Notes: generated by a model not told the origin, from the letters alone. A DNA stretch of 64,000 nucleotides from the human T2T-CHM13v2.0 reference genome, Homo sapiens (GCF_009914755.1 NC_060945.1), one strand, 5' to 3'. Positions 12,212-26,689 are shown, counted from the first letter of the stretch. Program-made: numbers and translations.

Positions 12212-14803
12212 TCTAATTTCTGCCCTATTTGCTCCTTAAAAAAAAATAAAAATAAAAATATCCTTACCTTTCCTATATTTTCCTACATTTAAGACATAAT
12301 TTAACCTTTTATTGTTAACTGAGATTTATCATTGTTATAAATGCAATATACAAATATAAATCCCTAAAGGCATTTCAGTAATTTGTCTTTTATGACAAGA
12401 AGAAAATCATCCTTTGAAAGATATGTATCTTGTTTTAAATTTGCATTTAAAAGTCTATCACTAGTAGATTAGTTTTGTTATTTTGCTCTTAATCTGAGCA
12501 CAAAATAAGTTTGTTTTGATTATCTCAAACTCTGGGAGGTCTTTAAAATTAAATAACAAATCCGAGTTTTATTCAAAATTATTTACAACAGTCTTTTGTC
12601 TTATTCTAGAAAATTAAGGGGACTACACATAGCAAAAATCCCGAGGCTGTGTTTGTTTCACGCTGTTACTTGAATCTATGATGAAATCATTTCCTAGGCT
12701 TATTCTTTAGAAAATAAAACTCCTTAGGGCAGACTGACCCGAGTTGCACAGGAATGTAAATAAAAATGATTATTTCTCTCTTTACATAAGACAAATATTT
12801 TACTACATTGTGTACTATAATAATCTTTCTCATGGCCAACACAGAAATATTAGCATCTACCAAATATGGTTAAATCCTCAAAGCCTACTTATAAAGCAAA
12901 AGCAGCACTGGAAATTGACATCACTTACATTTAGTCACATTTTCAAAAGAGCATGATTAATGAAACAGAAGTGTTCTCATGGAGCGTGTGCACCATGTGC
13001 TAGTGACAGTTATATCAGAACGAACTACATGTAGCATTTATCTTCCTTTTGCTCTGGTATCTCCCGAGTGAAACGCTTGGGTGTGTATGAAAAGCATAGG
13101 GAGAATGACAACTCATTTGGTATTGACTTGGCCTTTGTCCCAGCTCTCTCTTACATCATCAACCCCTTCCTCATCTCTGCTGTCACTGACTTTGAGAAAG
13201 CACATGGTTCAGCCATTTGACATCCTCTCTGTAAGACCAGGGATGAGTCTGCTATGCGTAGCTCTGTTTATTAAAACCTCAATTTTAAGAAGGTTACCAT
13301 TCTACATAAAACCCTTGACCTCTCAGAGTTAGTGGTATGAGCCTAAAAGTTGCCAGGACATGCTAAACTTTTCCTGAGAAAGAGTCCAGTCAACAATTTT
13401 ATGACAATCCTTCTGACCTGAGCTTTGCTTAATACCATCAAATAAGTCACAGGACAGTCAGGAGATTGGAAATGTATCACTTGATGAGGTTTTTCAGATT
13501 GATAACACGAGGGTAAGCAACTGTGTCATCCAGGAGGCTCCAAAGTCCAGGGTCCATTCAGGGCCAACTACAGCAGTGCCCCTTCCTAAGTCCAGGCCAT
13601 TCACACCAACCGAAGCCCAGCAGGGGGCAGCTTCCCAAAGCTAAATCTAAAAAGACCATAGCCAGCCCAGCTGAAAGTCCCAGGAAAAGGCAATGTTGCC
13701 TAACAGTCATGAGACAGCTGGAAAAGTCCCTGCACCTGACACACACTGTTACAGACAGTGCTGCCTCATAGACGTGTAGAAGGCACATCAGGGAGAGTGT
13801 CGGGGTCAGGCCAGAAACTTCACATTAAATCAGGGAGGATTTGTTTGGGGCTCACATTTAGACAGAGAACAAAGACTTCTCTGTCATTTTTGTAGTTTTG
13901 TTCATTTGTATTTGAAAATAGCAGTTCTCTCTCTGGCCTGACTGCATCCCTTTGATGGTAACTGAAGCTTTCCATTGCAGCGGTGCTCCTGACGGGGGCG
14001 ACATTGAACCTGCTCAGGGCTCAGGGCTCCTCTTCCCGGCTCTGTGGCCTCCCCGAACATGAGTAACACTATGGCCTGCAAAGATAGGACTTAATTGTCC
14101 TTAAAAGGAAAAATGCCTGCATGACCAGAGTTGGACCAAGCCAGAACAGGAGCCCCTGAGAAGTGCTAGGTACGTTTTTAACAGTTCCTGTTTACTTTCC
14201 ATAGGAGATTATGAGAAGAACACAAGAGCACATTTATAAGTAGTTTTCATGATTCATGTTATCACTGAAACCAGATGCTATTCTGAATCAAACAACCCTG
14301 AAGTGATGTGCAATTCTAATATCTGCTTAATTAATCAAAATATTCATTAATACGTAAGAAAACACATTCTGTTTGTGTTTTAGAGTACACATTTATCACA
14401 TGCTCATAAATACTTAAATACAGGAGGTATGCTTGGCAGATAAATTATTAACTTTTCAGAGATCTGCAGATTTTAGAAAGTTTTGGGGGGAAATTAAATT
14501 TTAATAAAACAGCATTTTACTTAATTACAGAAAAATCAAATAAAATTATTTTCTAGATTCTGAAAGAAAAACAAATAGATTATAAACTGTAAATGCCCTT
14601 TGTCTTATGATAACCTTGCTAGCTTTAGTAATTGTATAATATTATGAACCTTGGGAAACAGTGCAAAGCATCAAAAATCTTATATTTACATATATATTGA
14701 CTCTAATAAACCTATATCTGTATTAGTGTTTAATATTGATTAAAATTGCTTATAAGTTTATATTAATAGGAAATACATCCTGATTTAGTAGGATTTTAAT
14801 AAC

Positions 14804-15097
14804 TACAATCATGTATTGCTTAACGATGGGAATATGTTCTGATAAATGCATCAGTAGGCAATTTCATCATGTGAACATCAATATCATGGTGTACTTACAC
14901 AAACCTAGATGGTATAGCCTACTGCTTCTAAACTACATACCTGTACAGCATGTTACTGTATGTAGATGACTGTAACACAATGGAAAGTATTTATGCATCT
15001 CAACATAGAAAAGATACGGTAAAAATATGGTATTATAATCTTATGGAACCATCATCATATATGCAGTCTATTCACTAAAATGTCATTTTGCGTGATA
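14804..15097 (+). mobile_element. Tigger3a (Golem-derived) DNA transposon
   Basis: TTCTGATAAATGCATCAGTAGGCAATTTCATCATGTGAACATCA...TACTTACACAAACCTAGATGGTATAGCCTAC. Confidence 0.85.
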
Positions 15098-15169
15098 AGG
15101 GCATTTACTCCAATATTGCTTTATTAGATTGGCATCCTTGCTGACTCAAGACCCTTTCCTTATGTACTG

Positions 15170-15399
15170 ATGACCACCTATTGATTCTCAGAAAGTCTTA
15201 TATTCTCACTCTTGTGCCACCCTCAGTTATTTCCCTCTGCCTTTCACAGCTAACTGTCCACTTCACACCACTAATCAACTGCTGTGAACTTGGCTTTTAC
15301 CTTGATCTCAGCTCTTCCAAAAGTCACCAATCATTTCCTAAATGCAAAATATAATGACCTTTTCCCTGTGTCCATCATACTTTGTATAACATTTGATAT
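15170..15399 (+). mobile_element. L2 ORF2 remnant
   Basis: GCTCTTCCAAAAGTCACCAATCATTTCCTAAATGC resembles the L2 RT region encoding ALxKVTNDL. Confidence 0.55.
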
Positions 15400-15858
15400 T
15401 GTAATGAGTTGAATTGAGTCCCTCTCGAAAAAGACAAGTTGAAATCCTAACCTTCAGTATCTCAGAATGTGACCTTATTTGGACACAGAGTTGTGGCAGA
15501 TGTAATTAGTGATGAAATGAGGTCATACTGGAGCAGAGTTAGCCCCTGATCCAATATTACTGGCATCCTTCTAAGAAGATGGCCATCTGAAAACATATAC
15601 ACAGAGAGGACACACTGTGACAATGAAGGCAGAGATTGGAATTAGGAAGTTGCAAGCCAAGGAGCATCACAGATTGCCAGGAAACCACCAGAGGTTAAGA
15701 AGGGGGCAAGGAAGAATCTCTCAGAAACGTAAGAGAGACTGTGGCCCTGGTGATGCCTTGATTTCAGACTTCTAGCCTCCAGAACTGTGATGTGATCAAT
15801 TTCTTTGATTTTAGGCAGTTTATGGTGCTTCATTATGGCAGCCCTAGGAAACTGATAG
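15400..15858 (+). mobile_element. MLT1C-type LTR
   Basis: CTCAGAATGTGACCTTATTTGGA...GAGGTCATACTGGAG...GACTTCTAGCCTCCAGAACTGTGA...GCAGCCCTAGGAAACTGATA. Confidence 0.88.
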
Positions 15859-16001
15859 TTACTACTGACCAAGGCTTTATTCTGCACTTACCACAATTTT
15901 TTAAATGCTCTTGTCCACAGGGTTCCATACACCATATTTTTCCAGAAGCCTGGCTACAGATTTCATAGGATCACAGGATTCTTTACTGCCTCTCATCTCC
16001 T

Positions 16002-16304
16002 ATTTCCTTTTTTTTTTTCAACAGGATTTAACTCTGTGTTGCCCAGGCTGGAGTGCAGTGGCACAGTTATAGGTTCACTGCAGCCTCTCCATCTCCTGGG
16101 CTCAAGTGATCATTTTCCCTCAGGTGCCCAAGAAGCTAGAACTACAGGCGTGCATCACCACACCCAGCTAATTTTTATTTTTTCATACAGATAAGGTCTC
16201 GCTTTGTTGCCCAGGCTTGTCTCTAACTCCTGGCCTCAAGGGATCATCCTGCCTCAGCCTACCAAAGTGTTGGAGATACAGGCATGCACCAGCATGCCCA
16301 GCCT
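16002..16304 (-). mobile_element. AluJ
   Basis: Full dimer with J diagnostics (CTCCTGGGCTCAAGTGATC, CTCCTGGCCTCAAG), high divergence. Confidence 0.92.
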
Positions 16305-16489
16305 GATATTCCTTGAAATACCTCAAGCCATCCTGTAGTATCAACTACCACAAATATGTGAGGGCTGCTCCAGTTCATATCTACATCTTGAACCTCTCTA
16401 AGTCTCCATGGGTCAACCTCCTGTGTTTTCCTGCAGCACACCAAAGTGTGCTCAAAAAAGCAAATGAAAAAGAATACAAAACAGTTGAT

Positions 16490-16780
16490 ACTCACTTGCA
16501 AAATAAAACCAGATGCAGCTTTCTTTACAAATTGAGAAAGATGTTTTTTAAGCATAATGACTAGTGTTGGCAAATGAACTTGTCCCTCTCAAATATCATG
16601 TGAGACTTTGGTTTGATACAATTTTACTGGAGAGTTATTTAGCAATGTGAATCAAGTATTTAAGAATTGTTAATTCCTTTTGACCTAGTAATTTTACTCC
16701 TTAGGAATTATCCCAAGAAAATAATCAGACCTGCACCAAAGATTTATATATGGATACATATACAAAGCACATATTTGCAT
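16490..16780 (+). mobile_element. L1ME-type remnant (ORF2 3' end)
   Basis: CCTTTTGACCTAGTAATTTTACTCCTTAGGAATTATCCCAAGAAAATAATCAG. Confidence 0.7.
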
Positions 16781-17039
16781 ATAAGGACTACACCCACAGA
16801 TCCATAACCGTAAAGGCTCAAAGTTACTGACTGTTGGCTTTTAAACTTTTAAACTTTTAAACACAGATACATATCTCTGAGTCTAGTCTTTATATGCAAA
16901 TATATATGTTTTATATATGTATATTTTTTGAATCATTTTATGTGGTTTATATTTATTCAATTTTTATATGCTTGGTTTAGAAGCATATAAAATGTTCACT
17001 TTTCAGAAAACATTAGGAATTGGTTATATTTTAGAAAGA

Positions 17040-17130
17040 AACGTAGAATATCACATTTCAATTTGGACTAGCACTTTTCAAGCGGCTGGTAACCACATGT
17101 GGATAGTGGCTATCCTATCAGCATAGAGCT
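17040..17130. mobile_element. MER3/MER33-like hAT fragment
   Basis: CTAGCACTTTTCAAGCGGCTGGTAACCACATGTGGATAGTGGCTA. Confidence 0.6.
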
Positions 17131-17195
17131 ACACGAAGGGCATATGACTGCTTATTTTACTATGCTTGCAATTTCTGTAGCTTTGATTTTTTTTA

Positions 17196-17501
<306 letters not shown>

Positions 17502-18640
17502 GTTGGGGGAGGAAAGGCCTTTGAAAACACTTGCAATCACATTCATTCTGCTTCAGACTGTTTACTCTTCTTAATCCCTGCTAACCATGGTTAATTCACT
17601 AGCATTTTTGCTTTTCAAGCAGTGACATCCACAAGACCATATTGTGATCTTTCTATTCTTTGCATAGTTTCATGGTTCTTAGAGGAAAAAAAAAGATGTC
17701 ACACATAACAAACAAACTAACCAGTAGTGACACTAAAATGAGAAAAGGGTTTTGGCATGGCTCAAAAAAGCCATGTGTATAATTTTTAAATCAGTGCTGC
17801 AATTTGTGGCCCAGCAAGTGAGACGGCATTTTGCTTCCTCCTCAAGAACCCTTTGTTCTTGTCATGAACCAGAATTTAAGCTTCTGCACTCTGTTTCTGG
17901 GAGGCAGAGTCCTCTTTGACCTGATCTGTCTCCTTTGACAAGGAGACAGATTTTAGCTTGTCCAAAAAAAGATAACCCCTGCTGCTCCTTGTTTGGAAAA
18001 AACACATTCTCCTTCCTGGGAGAGGCTGAAAGAAGAATTGACTACAAAAGAGAATGTAACAAGTCTTCATTTTCAACTCATTTCCCTTTAATTTTTATGC
18101 CAAGTACAGCCGTGCCTTGAGTGATGTGGCAACAGGCTGAATTTCCCCTTCTTTCTCAGATTGTCTCTTATTTTGACAACGGCCTCCTTTCGTTAATAAG
18201 AAGTCAATGACATGTTCCTCTGTTTTCTTAACAAAAATCTGCACTGCTTGTGGATAGGATGGTCACATAATTTCGCAGTCCACAATGCTGGGGACTAGGG
18301 GATAGGAAAAAACGTAGAGAAGCATGTTTTACCGGGAAGAAAATAGTAGCAATGCAGCTACCCTAACTTGAATGGAACAAAGCTAATACTTGTACTTCTT
18401 GTTCCTTTCAAATGCCTTTCTTGAATACCTAAGTTCTCATAGTCCTGGAGAATCTTGAGAAACAATAAAACTTTGTGATTGTTTTAGAACTTCAAAACTT
18501 CTGCACAGGATTGACTTGAAATATCAGAGAGGTTCTTGTGGAAGAGGATGTGAGGGTATCTTTTTAAGCCAGCTGTCACTACATAGCCAGACTTTTAAGA
18601 TAAAATGCTAAGGAAAAAAAAAACTTATTTTAGCTCCTCA

Positions 18641-18712
18641 AAAGAAGGAAGGAAAAGAAAGGAAGAAATGAAGGAAGGGAGGGAGGGACAGAGAGGGAGG
18701 GAGGGTAGGGGT
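18641..18712 (+). repeat. GA-rich polypurine tract with seven GGG runs
   Basis: AAGGAAGGGAGGGAGGGACAGAGAGGGAGGGAGGGTAGGGG read directly. Confidence 0.85.
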
Positions 18713-20826
18713 GAAAAAAAACACTTTGCTGCAGTTCACAAAAATTCGATTAAGTGTAATGAAAACTTTAATTTGTTGATAAAAGCACTCAGTTATTAAG
18801 TCCTTTTAACTTTACTCATATTTCCCACCATAAATATGTAACATGTATGTATATGTATTTATTTCCAAACTTGAAGTTTAAAGGCAATCTCTATACCCTC
18901 TCCATATGCATTCTTTAAAATCAAATATAACAAAATATTTATTCAGATGTTTTCTCTTCTTCAATCTTCAGTGAAGGAAAATATAATTTTCTTTCTTCAG
19001 CAGAGATTGCACAGTGGCTTTAATCAAATCAATCCATTTCACCACTAGATATAGAATATTTTCCCTAAGGGCCACAAAAAGTCGAAGTTGATTTGTCTTT
19101 GTCAAAGCAGATAAGTTGTTAAATGAAAGAAACAGTACCAGAATCCTTCCAACTAACTGAACTAGGAGAGAGGAATAAAGGAGATGAACTCTACGTGCAA
19201 ACATACATATAATTTCTTTTTTCCTCATCTGTCTCTTGCTCTGTTTCCCCCAGTTCCATCTGCAATAGCAGCCATACAGCACCTAGACTGTTGAGAGATA
19301 CTGAAACTTGAAAGAAAAGGGAATGTACAATGTGCAAATGCAATATCATTATTCAATAACTTTGCAAGTAATTTTATTACCTGAGACACCATGGTTTCTT
19401 TGTCTCCTTTTTCTGTGTCCCATTCTCTGCCTCTAGCTGTGGGTCTGTCTCTCTCTTACACATACATACTCACCTAGAGGGGCATACATATTAATAATGT
19501 GTGGGAATTTCTTACTTAAAGCTACTTCCTCTTCAAACCAAGAATAGCAGAATACCTGGATCCAATAAACAAATGATCTTGTCTCGACATCTAAAATAAA
19601 TTATCTGGCAGAACACTGTAAATGAATACTTAATAGCAAAACTTAATAATAAGGGAACACACAAAGAAGTGCAAGAGTAGGAAGCTTTCTTGTATCACTT
19701 CCTCATGCCAAAAACAGAACTGGAAATTGTCACTCAAAAAAAAAACTTTTAAAATATAGTAGTTCAAGTTTCAAACGTGGTCCCAACAAATCAGATATAC
19801 AACTGTAATCTCAGTTCTTTATTCTATACACCAACTTTAGATATCTTCCCATAAGTCTTAAAGTGATTTTTGAATACAAATATTTTTCTCCCTTCAGGCT
19901 AAGCCCTATGGGCGAGTGCAGAACTCGTACAACTGGTTCTACTACCAAACTATAAAATGTTCATTCCCTATTTTTCACATAAGAAGAAAGCAACTTTCTC
20001 CTTTTTTCTCATTCTCATTTTAGCCTGAACACCTGGCTTTTTCTGAAGCTATGCCAGGTTCAGATCAGATACTATGAGGGCAGCAATGACTACGGGTTAC
20101 TGCACACACTATCTCCATGGTTTCTACTGTGAAATCCCTTTAAACTTTCTATCTGGACTATTTTCATGTGCTGTGTATGCGTGAGCACCTCTGGAGGTTA
20201 TTAAGTAGTTGTTTCATCAATAAATGTTGGTGATGCTTATCTCTATATTTCTCTGGATTCTAGCATGCAAGACTTTTGAGATGACCTACTGAGATAAAGA
20301 TCTAAGTGACAAGCATTAAAGAGAAAAGACACAATTTGATTGGAAAAGGCTTAAGAAAATACGGAGGTTACTTTCTGCAATACGTGTAGAGGGTAACTGT
20401 TCTCCAGTGCTTATCTTTGAACTCTTATTAATTTAGTGTTTGATTCACTATAGTGAACAAAACTGTTCTTTACCTTGAATCAAACACAAAGAATGTAGAA
20501 TTCATTACCTGGCGATATCCTATCAGTTCAGAATACTCCATAAAGTCTCTACATTTGAAAAAAAGGTGGGTGCAAATGTCTGGTTCTATTTTTTAATGCT
20601 TTCATTTCACTTTTATGTATGAGAAGTGTGAACATCTCTCTGTGGTACAACTCCTATCTCCATACTGTTTTCTCCACCCTTGACCTACTTCTCTTTCATT
20701 ATTTTCCCATTCTAACAATTCCTCTCCCCTTCAAATATCTCATGAACAAGGCTAATTTTCAGTCTCATCACCAACCCTGGCTTGAATGCTCTTGCAGTTT
20801 TTTCTAGTAAAATCAAGTAGCCATTT

Positions 20827-20940
20827 ATATTAATTAGGTAGGCTAAACTACTAAAGTAAATATTCCCCAAAATGTAATGGCTCAGATAAAATAGAAGCAG
20901 ATTTGTCTCTAAAGTAACAGTCTAAGCTGGAGGTTCAGGT

Positions 20941-20981
<41 letters not shown>

Positions 20982-21328
20982 GGGATGCTGGGGAGTTGGG
21001 ATTTGGGGGAGGCTGTGCTCTACTTGGGAACCCAACCTAGAATGAGGTTAGTGCTGCCATCTTCAATACGTGGCTTCTAAGGTCTCTCTCGTCATCACTA
21101 TTTCAGTCCATGGGAAGGAAAAAAGAGCTATAGGAGAGAGCATGTGAACTTTCAAAGAAAGGTGTGAATGACGGACATCACTTTTGCTCACATTTCACTG
21201 GAGCTTATTTAGTCTCATGGCCACACCTAACTGCAGAGGGAGCAGGAAAACAGTCTGTGGCTAGGCAGCTGTGTCCCAGTTGTGATTCTACCTTACTGTG
21301 GAATAAGTAGGGCACAGATCACTACCAC
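20827..21328 (-). mobile_element. Old MaLR LTR (MLT1J/K/L-like) containing a GT microsatellite
   Basis: CATCACTTTTGCTCACATTTCACTGG...AGTCTCATGGCCACACCTAACTGCAGAGGGAG. Confidence 0.7.
20943..20978 (+). repeat. (GT)~18 microsatellite
   Basis: Uninterrupted GT run. Confidence 0.97.
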
Positions 21329-21534
21329 ACCCTTTAAGCACTGTTATAGTCTTAGTAAGAACATAAAGATAAAATATAGGTCCAATAATCAGTTGTCCTG
21401 GGTTCTTTGCAGAACAAACTATTCCAAGAGCTTACATTAGCCATTTCCAATGGGAACGCATTATAAAAGCCTAATGAAGTATTAGGGTACTCCTATGACC
21501 TATTATATATTTCTGTTTCACAGAGGTAGGATAA

Positions 21535-21903
21535 GAAATATATACTATATATATTATATAAATATATCAGAAATGTATTATATATATTTAATATATATTT
21601 CTTGATATAATATATCTATAATGTATCTAGAAATATATATTAAATATATCTAATTATTATATATTTAGATATATTTATATATTATATAAATTATATTTCT
21701 ATATGTAATATTTTAAAATATATTAAATATATATTTCTTATATATAAACAATATGTTTCTACATAATATATCTATAATATATCAGAATACATTTAATATT
21801 TCTATAATTTAATATATGTTTTATGTTTATGATATAGAAATTTCATACATTATATATCTGTGATGTAGATATATATAATAGATATAGAAATATACATTAA
21901 ATA
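21535..21903. repeat. AT-rich degenerate (TA)n low-complexity tract, continuing at 22204-22283
   Basis: Nearly all A/T with recurring AGAAATATATATTAAATAT units. Confidence 0.9.
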
Positions 21904-22233
<330 letters not shown>

Positions 22234-23779
22234 TTATATATAAATATATATTATATATAGAAATGTATTAAATATATATTATACACACACACACCATTTG
22301 GAAAGGCTAAAATCATTATGTAGTTGCATAGTGTTAGAAACCAAATTGAAGGAGTCTTTCACTGCTAAATATAAGAAGGATTTAGTTTAGGCCTATGAAG
22401 CCAGTGCCCAACATTTCCATAATCAAATAAAAGATAATGACTAACAGGGAAACTGAGAAGGCAATCAGCCCTCAGATAGAGTGCAAACAGACAATATTCA
22501 TAAGTAAGAATAGAACATATGTCCTAGTTAAGCTGGCACCCCTTTTTTAATAATGGGTCTCTAAAATAAAGGCAGAGTTAGCAATATAGACAGAAAATTT
22601 CATTTGACCATTCAGAGCCATGGCTCAAAAACATCAAAACTGACTACCATTCTGGTAGCATCACTGAAGTTTGAAGATCAATGAAGTTTGAAGGCAAAAC
22701 CTAGGAGGAAAGCCTGGAGTATGTTTAGACCTTCAATGACTAAACTCTTGATACAGAATGCTAAGAAGACTTTTGTCTAAGGAGTACAGCCAAATAAAAG
22801 TAGGAAGACAAGAGACAGAGCAAGACCCTTTCACTGAGATCAGACAGAAATACAGATCATAGCAGGCTACAATAAGCTGTCTAGACCCAATTTTTTAAGA
22901 ATAGTGAAAGAGGGGTAGGGAGCTCTCTGCCCAATCCTGTCTCACAACCCTGATCAATACTCTGATATGTCATGTAAAGAGGTCAGCCAGGTTAGGTAAT
23001 GGAGGTCTCCTGACCCATTGACCTTGTTTTGGCATTAGACATTCAACTTTTTGCCATTAAATGTCAGATCAATTCCCAATGATTTGAACATTACCCAGAA
23101 GTCTTTGGCTTCCTGGAATCTTTAATGAAAAAAAAATACAAACACTACCATTTCCAAGAGCCTAATGAATTATTATTCATCACATTAGCTTAATCCATTT
23201 CCCTTGCTCAATTTTTAATATTCTTGTTTCAGCTGGATTTCAGCATTTATAATGCACATGTGTGTTTTTTTATCTATGTAATTTTCAGTGTAGGTTTATA
23301 TCTATCTTTTTTGTACATGAATAATCTTTCCTTCTCAGAGTCTTATAACTTACCATAAACTGTCTGTTTTCTCCTATAGTCCTTACCAGAATTACCCTGA
23401 TATTACAATTATAGATGAAAAGGTTTTTCTCTGTTTAGGTCAAGGAAGGCTGTGTTTATCGTTTATTCTATATGATATCTTGCATTCAGTAGACATTCAT
23501 ACACAAGTTAGTAAAATTTGGGCCCAGCTGTACTCCCTTCAACTTGATGTGGTCAAGGGGAAACAAAAGGGAGGCCCATACATACAGCTACTGTAAATTT
23601 ATAGGGTATACAAATTTTCCCCTTAGGAATAAGGTGGGCCAGTCTCTTTGGACCTCCCAAAGAAGAATCAAGTCTGGTTTTCAAATGAAAGCTTCAGAGT
23701 ATGAAGCAATATTTCACAAATTATTAGAGCTTTTTAAGGGCATGCCCTCTGCCTAGCAGTACTGGATAAACAGGTATTT

Positions 23780-23912
23780 AGCAGCAATAAATCCTAACTC
23801 ATCTTTTTATATCTCAGGGATCACCAAGAGTTTCCTGTTTCCAGAGACTGGCACATCTTTTTGATGGGCATGATACATGTTATTTGAATGACTGATTGAA
23901 TGAATAAATGAG
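23780..23912 (+). mobile_element. L2 3' tail
   Basis: Ends in TGAATGACTGATTGAATGAATAAATGA. Confidence 0.55.
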
Positions 23913-26384
23913 CCAACAATTGCCATCCCTAGATACCAACAAATTTCCAACTGGCATCTGCCTGCTTGTTAGTGTCATTTCCATTAGGTGTGACAAGTTG
24001 TAACCTAAAATAACACCTCATTGAGACACTAGTTCACTTTCAGGACTGCTGGGGACAAGGAAGGGAGAAGACTACAGCTCCTTGCACAACCGGCCTCCCA
24101 CTCCCATTGTACCTGCTATACAATTGTTGCTATTTTGGCTGCCAAAGCTCCATTAAGAGCTCTGGAGCTCCTGGCATTTGCAGGGATACTCCACTAAATT
24201 TAAGCCCCAAAGATGACTTATTCTTGCCAGCTGGGTGCATCAAACCAAAGGAACAATACCAGACAAATATATAGAGATCTACTTCATAAATATATAGAAG
24301 ATGGAAACAGAGAAAACGGGCTTTTTGCTGGTGTAATTTTTGCTAATTTTTTTTTTCAGTTTTACCATCAATTCAAATGTTCATGCCAAAAGAGGTAATA
24401 TTGCCAGGGAAAACAGGCAACTGCAGAGAATTCATCAGTGTTGGCTGCTTCTGGAGGCGAGGTCTTGGCTTCACAGTGGAGTTGGGGTTATGGCCTTATC
24501 CCAGTTTGGGGGTATAGTTAGTTAGAGTCAGCAAAGGCTACTTACTGCACACTGCTCCTCCACTTATCTTGGGTGGGGCTGGGCCAGTTCAGAAACAGGG
24601 CAAGGTACTAGGCTGTCCCTTCCCAGCACTCTGATCCTCCCACCTTCATGGGGGATTATTGGCCCTGACTTAATGAAAGTCCTCACTGCAGACAATTCAC
24701 ATACTGAATTATTTGGCACTGGCTCTCTGAGTTGTACTTAACTTTCTGTTCTTTCATTGCCTTGAGGTACAAATTATTTTTAAAAAGAAAAATAAGTAAA
24801 TAAAAAAAATAGATTCATCATTATTGCCCTGAATTGAGCCACCTGGAATTTGTTTTAGTTCATCACTGAGAAGAGCAACATAAACCTTATGACTTTTTTT
24901 AATTTCATAAGTGCAACATATTTGCATTGTGATGTTTTTCATTGCAGGGCTCACTGGCAGACAAAACTCAGCGCTTTATTTCCTTTGTAGATGTTGATGC
25001 AGGTAAGTGGCATTGGGACAGTATGACGTGTTTCATGATGACAGTCACGCTCTGCTTGGTGACCTCTGACCTCCCTCTTCAGGGGCTCTGGAGGTTAACA
25101 TTTTTGTACATCCACACCGGAAAGAATGTACTCAAGAGTAGAAAATGTGGGAGGAATTTAGTGAATGAATAGAACTTAGCGGGCAGAGAAAATAACTAGG
25201 TAATTTTGTCCACCAAAAACCCCAATTACCAGTTATTTACAGCCCACTGGTCTGCAACTTCGGTTGCCTAATCAGACATTCATATAAGTGCAGTCCCTTG
25301 CTCAAACAGTAATCCCTTGTCTTGACTGACTCTCAGACAAGGAAGAGCAGGCAGAGGAGATTGTAAAGCAGAAGCAAAGTAGTTGAAAGCCACTGAGAGT
25401 GGTTGAGGACATGGGTGGGTTCACATCTGTAATGTGTTGGAAGCTGAATACAGCTGTTTGGCACTTTCAACAGGCAGTGACCATGAATGGGATGTCCTGC
25501 CTCCAGGGCAGTGCAAACAGGCCTCCAGCCAGACAGCCATCTCGCTCTCCTTTTCCTCCAGCTGTGTCTGCAGAAGGGTCCCGAGTAGCATCCTGTAGTT
25601 CCAACCTGCTTACTCCTTAGGACTAGGAAACAAGAAAATCACTGCTAACCCCACTCCAAACTTGCCTGATTTCAGAGCTCAGTATCATTCTGCAGTTTGC
25701 AGTCACACTGGGAGGGTCTTTTTCTCGTATATGAGAAGGAGGACAGAATGTTGGAAGGGAACGCTCCTCGACAGATGGGAATGAGAGTGGTGTGAGTAAC
25801 TAACTGGAGGCAATAAAGGTGTTAGCAAACAGCAGGAGGGAAGAGTGGGCCCCACCGATCACTGGCTGTCCCGCATGCTGTGTGTTGTACCAGTGCCAGT
25901 GGGAGCTGCCTATCCAAGCCTTGGTATTAACAGCATGTGACTCTGGCAGATTCACAATGTCCTCATTGGCTTTGTCAGTATGACAAGCTTTGACTGAGTC
26001 CCTATCCAACTGAGGGGCCACCATCCCCGTCACCCTCCTTTCTGATGCCTTTTCTCCTGATCATCCCTTCTTCTTCCTTCTTCTTTGTCTGGCTTCTTTT
26101 GTTCTTCCTTTTTCTGTCCCTCACTCCTCCTTACATTATATTCCCAGCTTCCTTTGGGATTTTTGTTTTAACATAAGGAGAACCTTACCATCGATGTCAA
26201 GCTCAGCATGATATAACCAATTACCCTAAAACCACAGCCATCTAGCCTTATCTTGTATTAAAAAAAAAAAAAAGAAAAAAAAACAGATGTTGCCTATAAT
26301 TGTATATCTGCTCAGGTTTAAACATAAATTGCAGTGAGAATTCTTAAGGCAAGAATACCATTGAACCAAAATACGTTATAACAG

Positions 26385-26560
26385 AAAGGGGTCTCAGATG
26401 CTTATTACCTCCTCCCAACTGTATTTCATTTTACAACAAAGCAAATCACAGCTTGGAAAAGTTAAATGAGTTCCTAAGGTTCCACAATAAATAAGGGCGA
26501 AGGGGCCACTACTTAGGACCCAGATCTCCTGATCCCTATCTAGTGATTTTTTTTACTTCA
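26385..26560 (-). mobile_element. MIR
   Basis: TTTCATTTTACA...GTTAAATGAGTTCCTAAGGTTCCACA...GGACCCAGATCTCCTGA. Confidence 0.6.
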
Positions 26561-26689
26561 TGAATTTTAATGTAAAAAAAGAAAAAGAAGCCACAGATCC
26601 TCTAGACCCTTATGCAATATAGGGAAATATTCCTTAACCCCAATCGTGCTTTAATCCTTCTTCTACTGAAACAAATACAGCTAATGAAT

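Noticed and set aside
13523-13788. Overlapping 82/76-aa ORFs in non-repeat DNA
   Set aside because: No recognisable domain, weak starts, no supporting splice structure.
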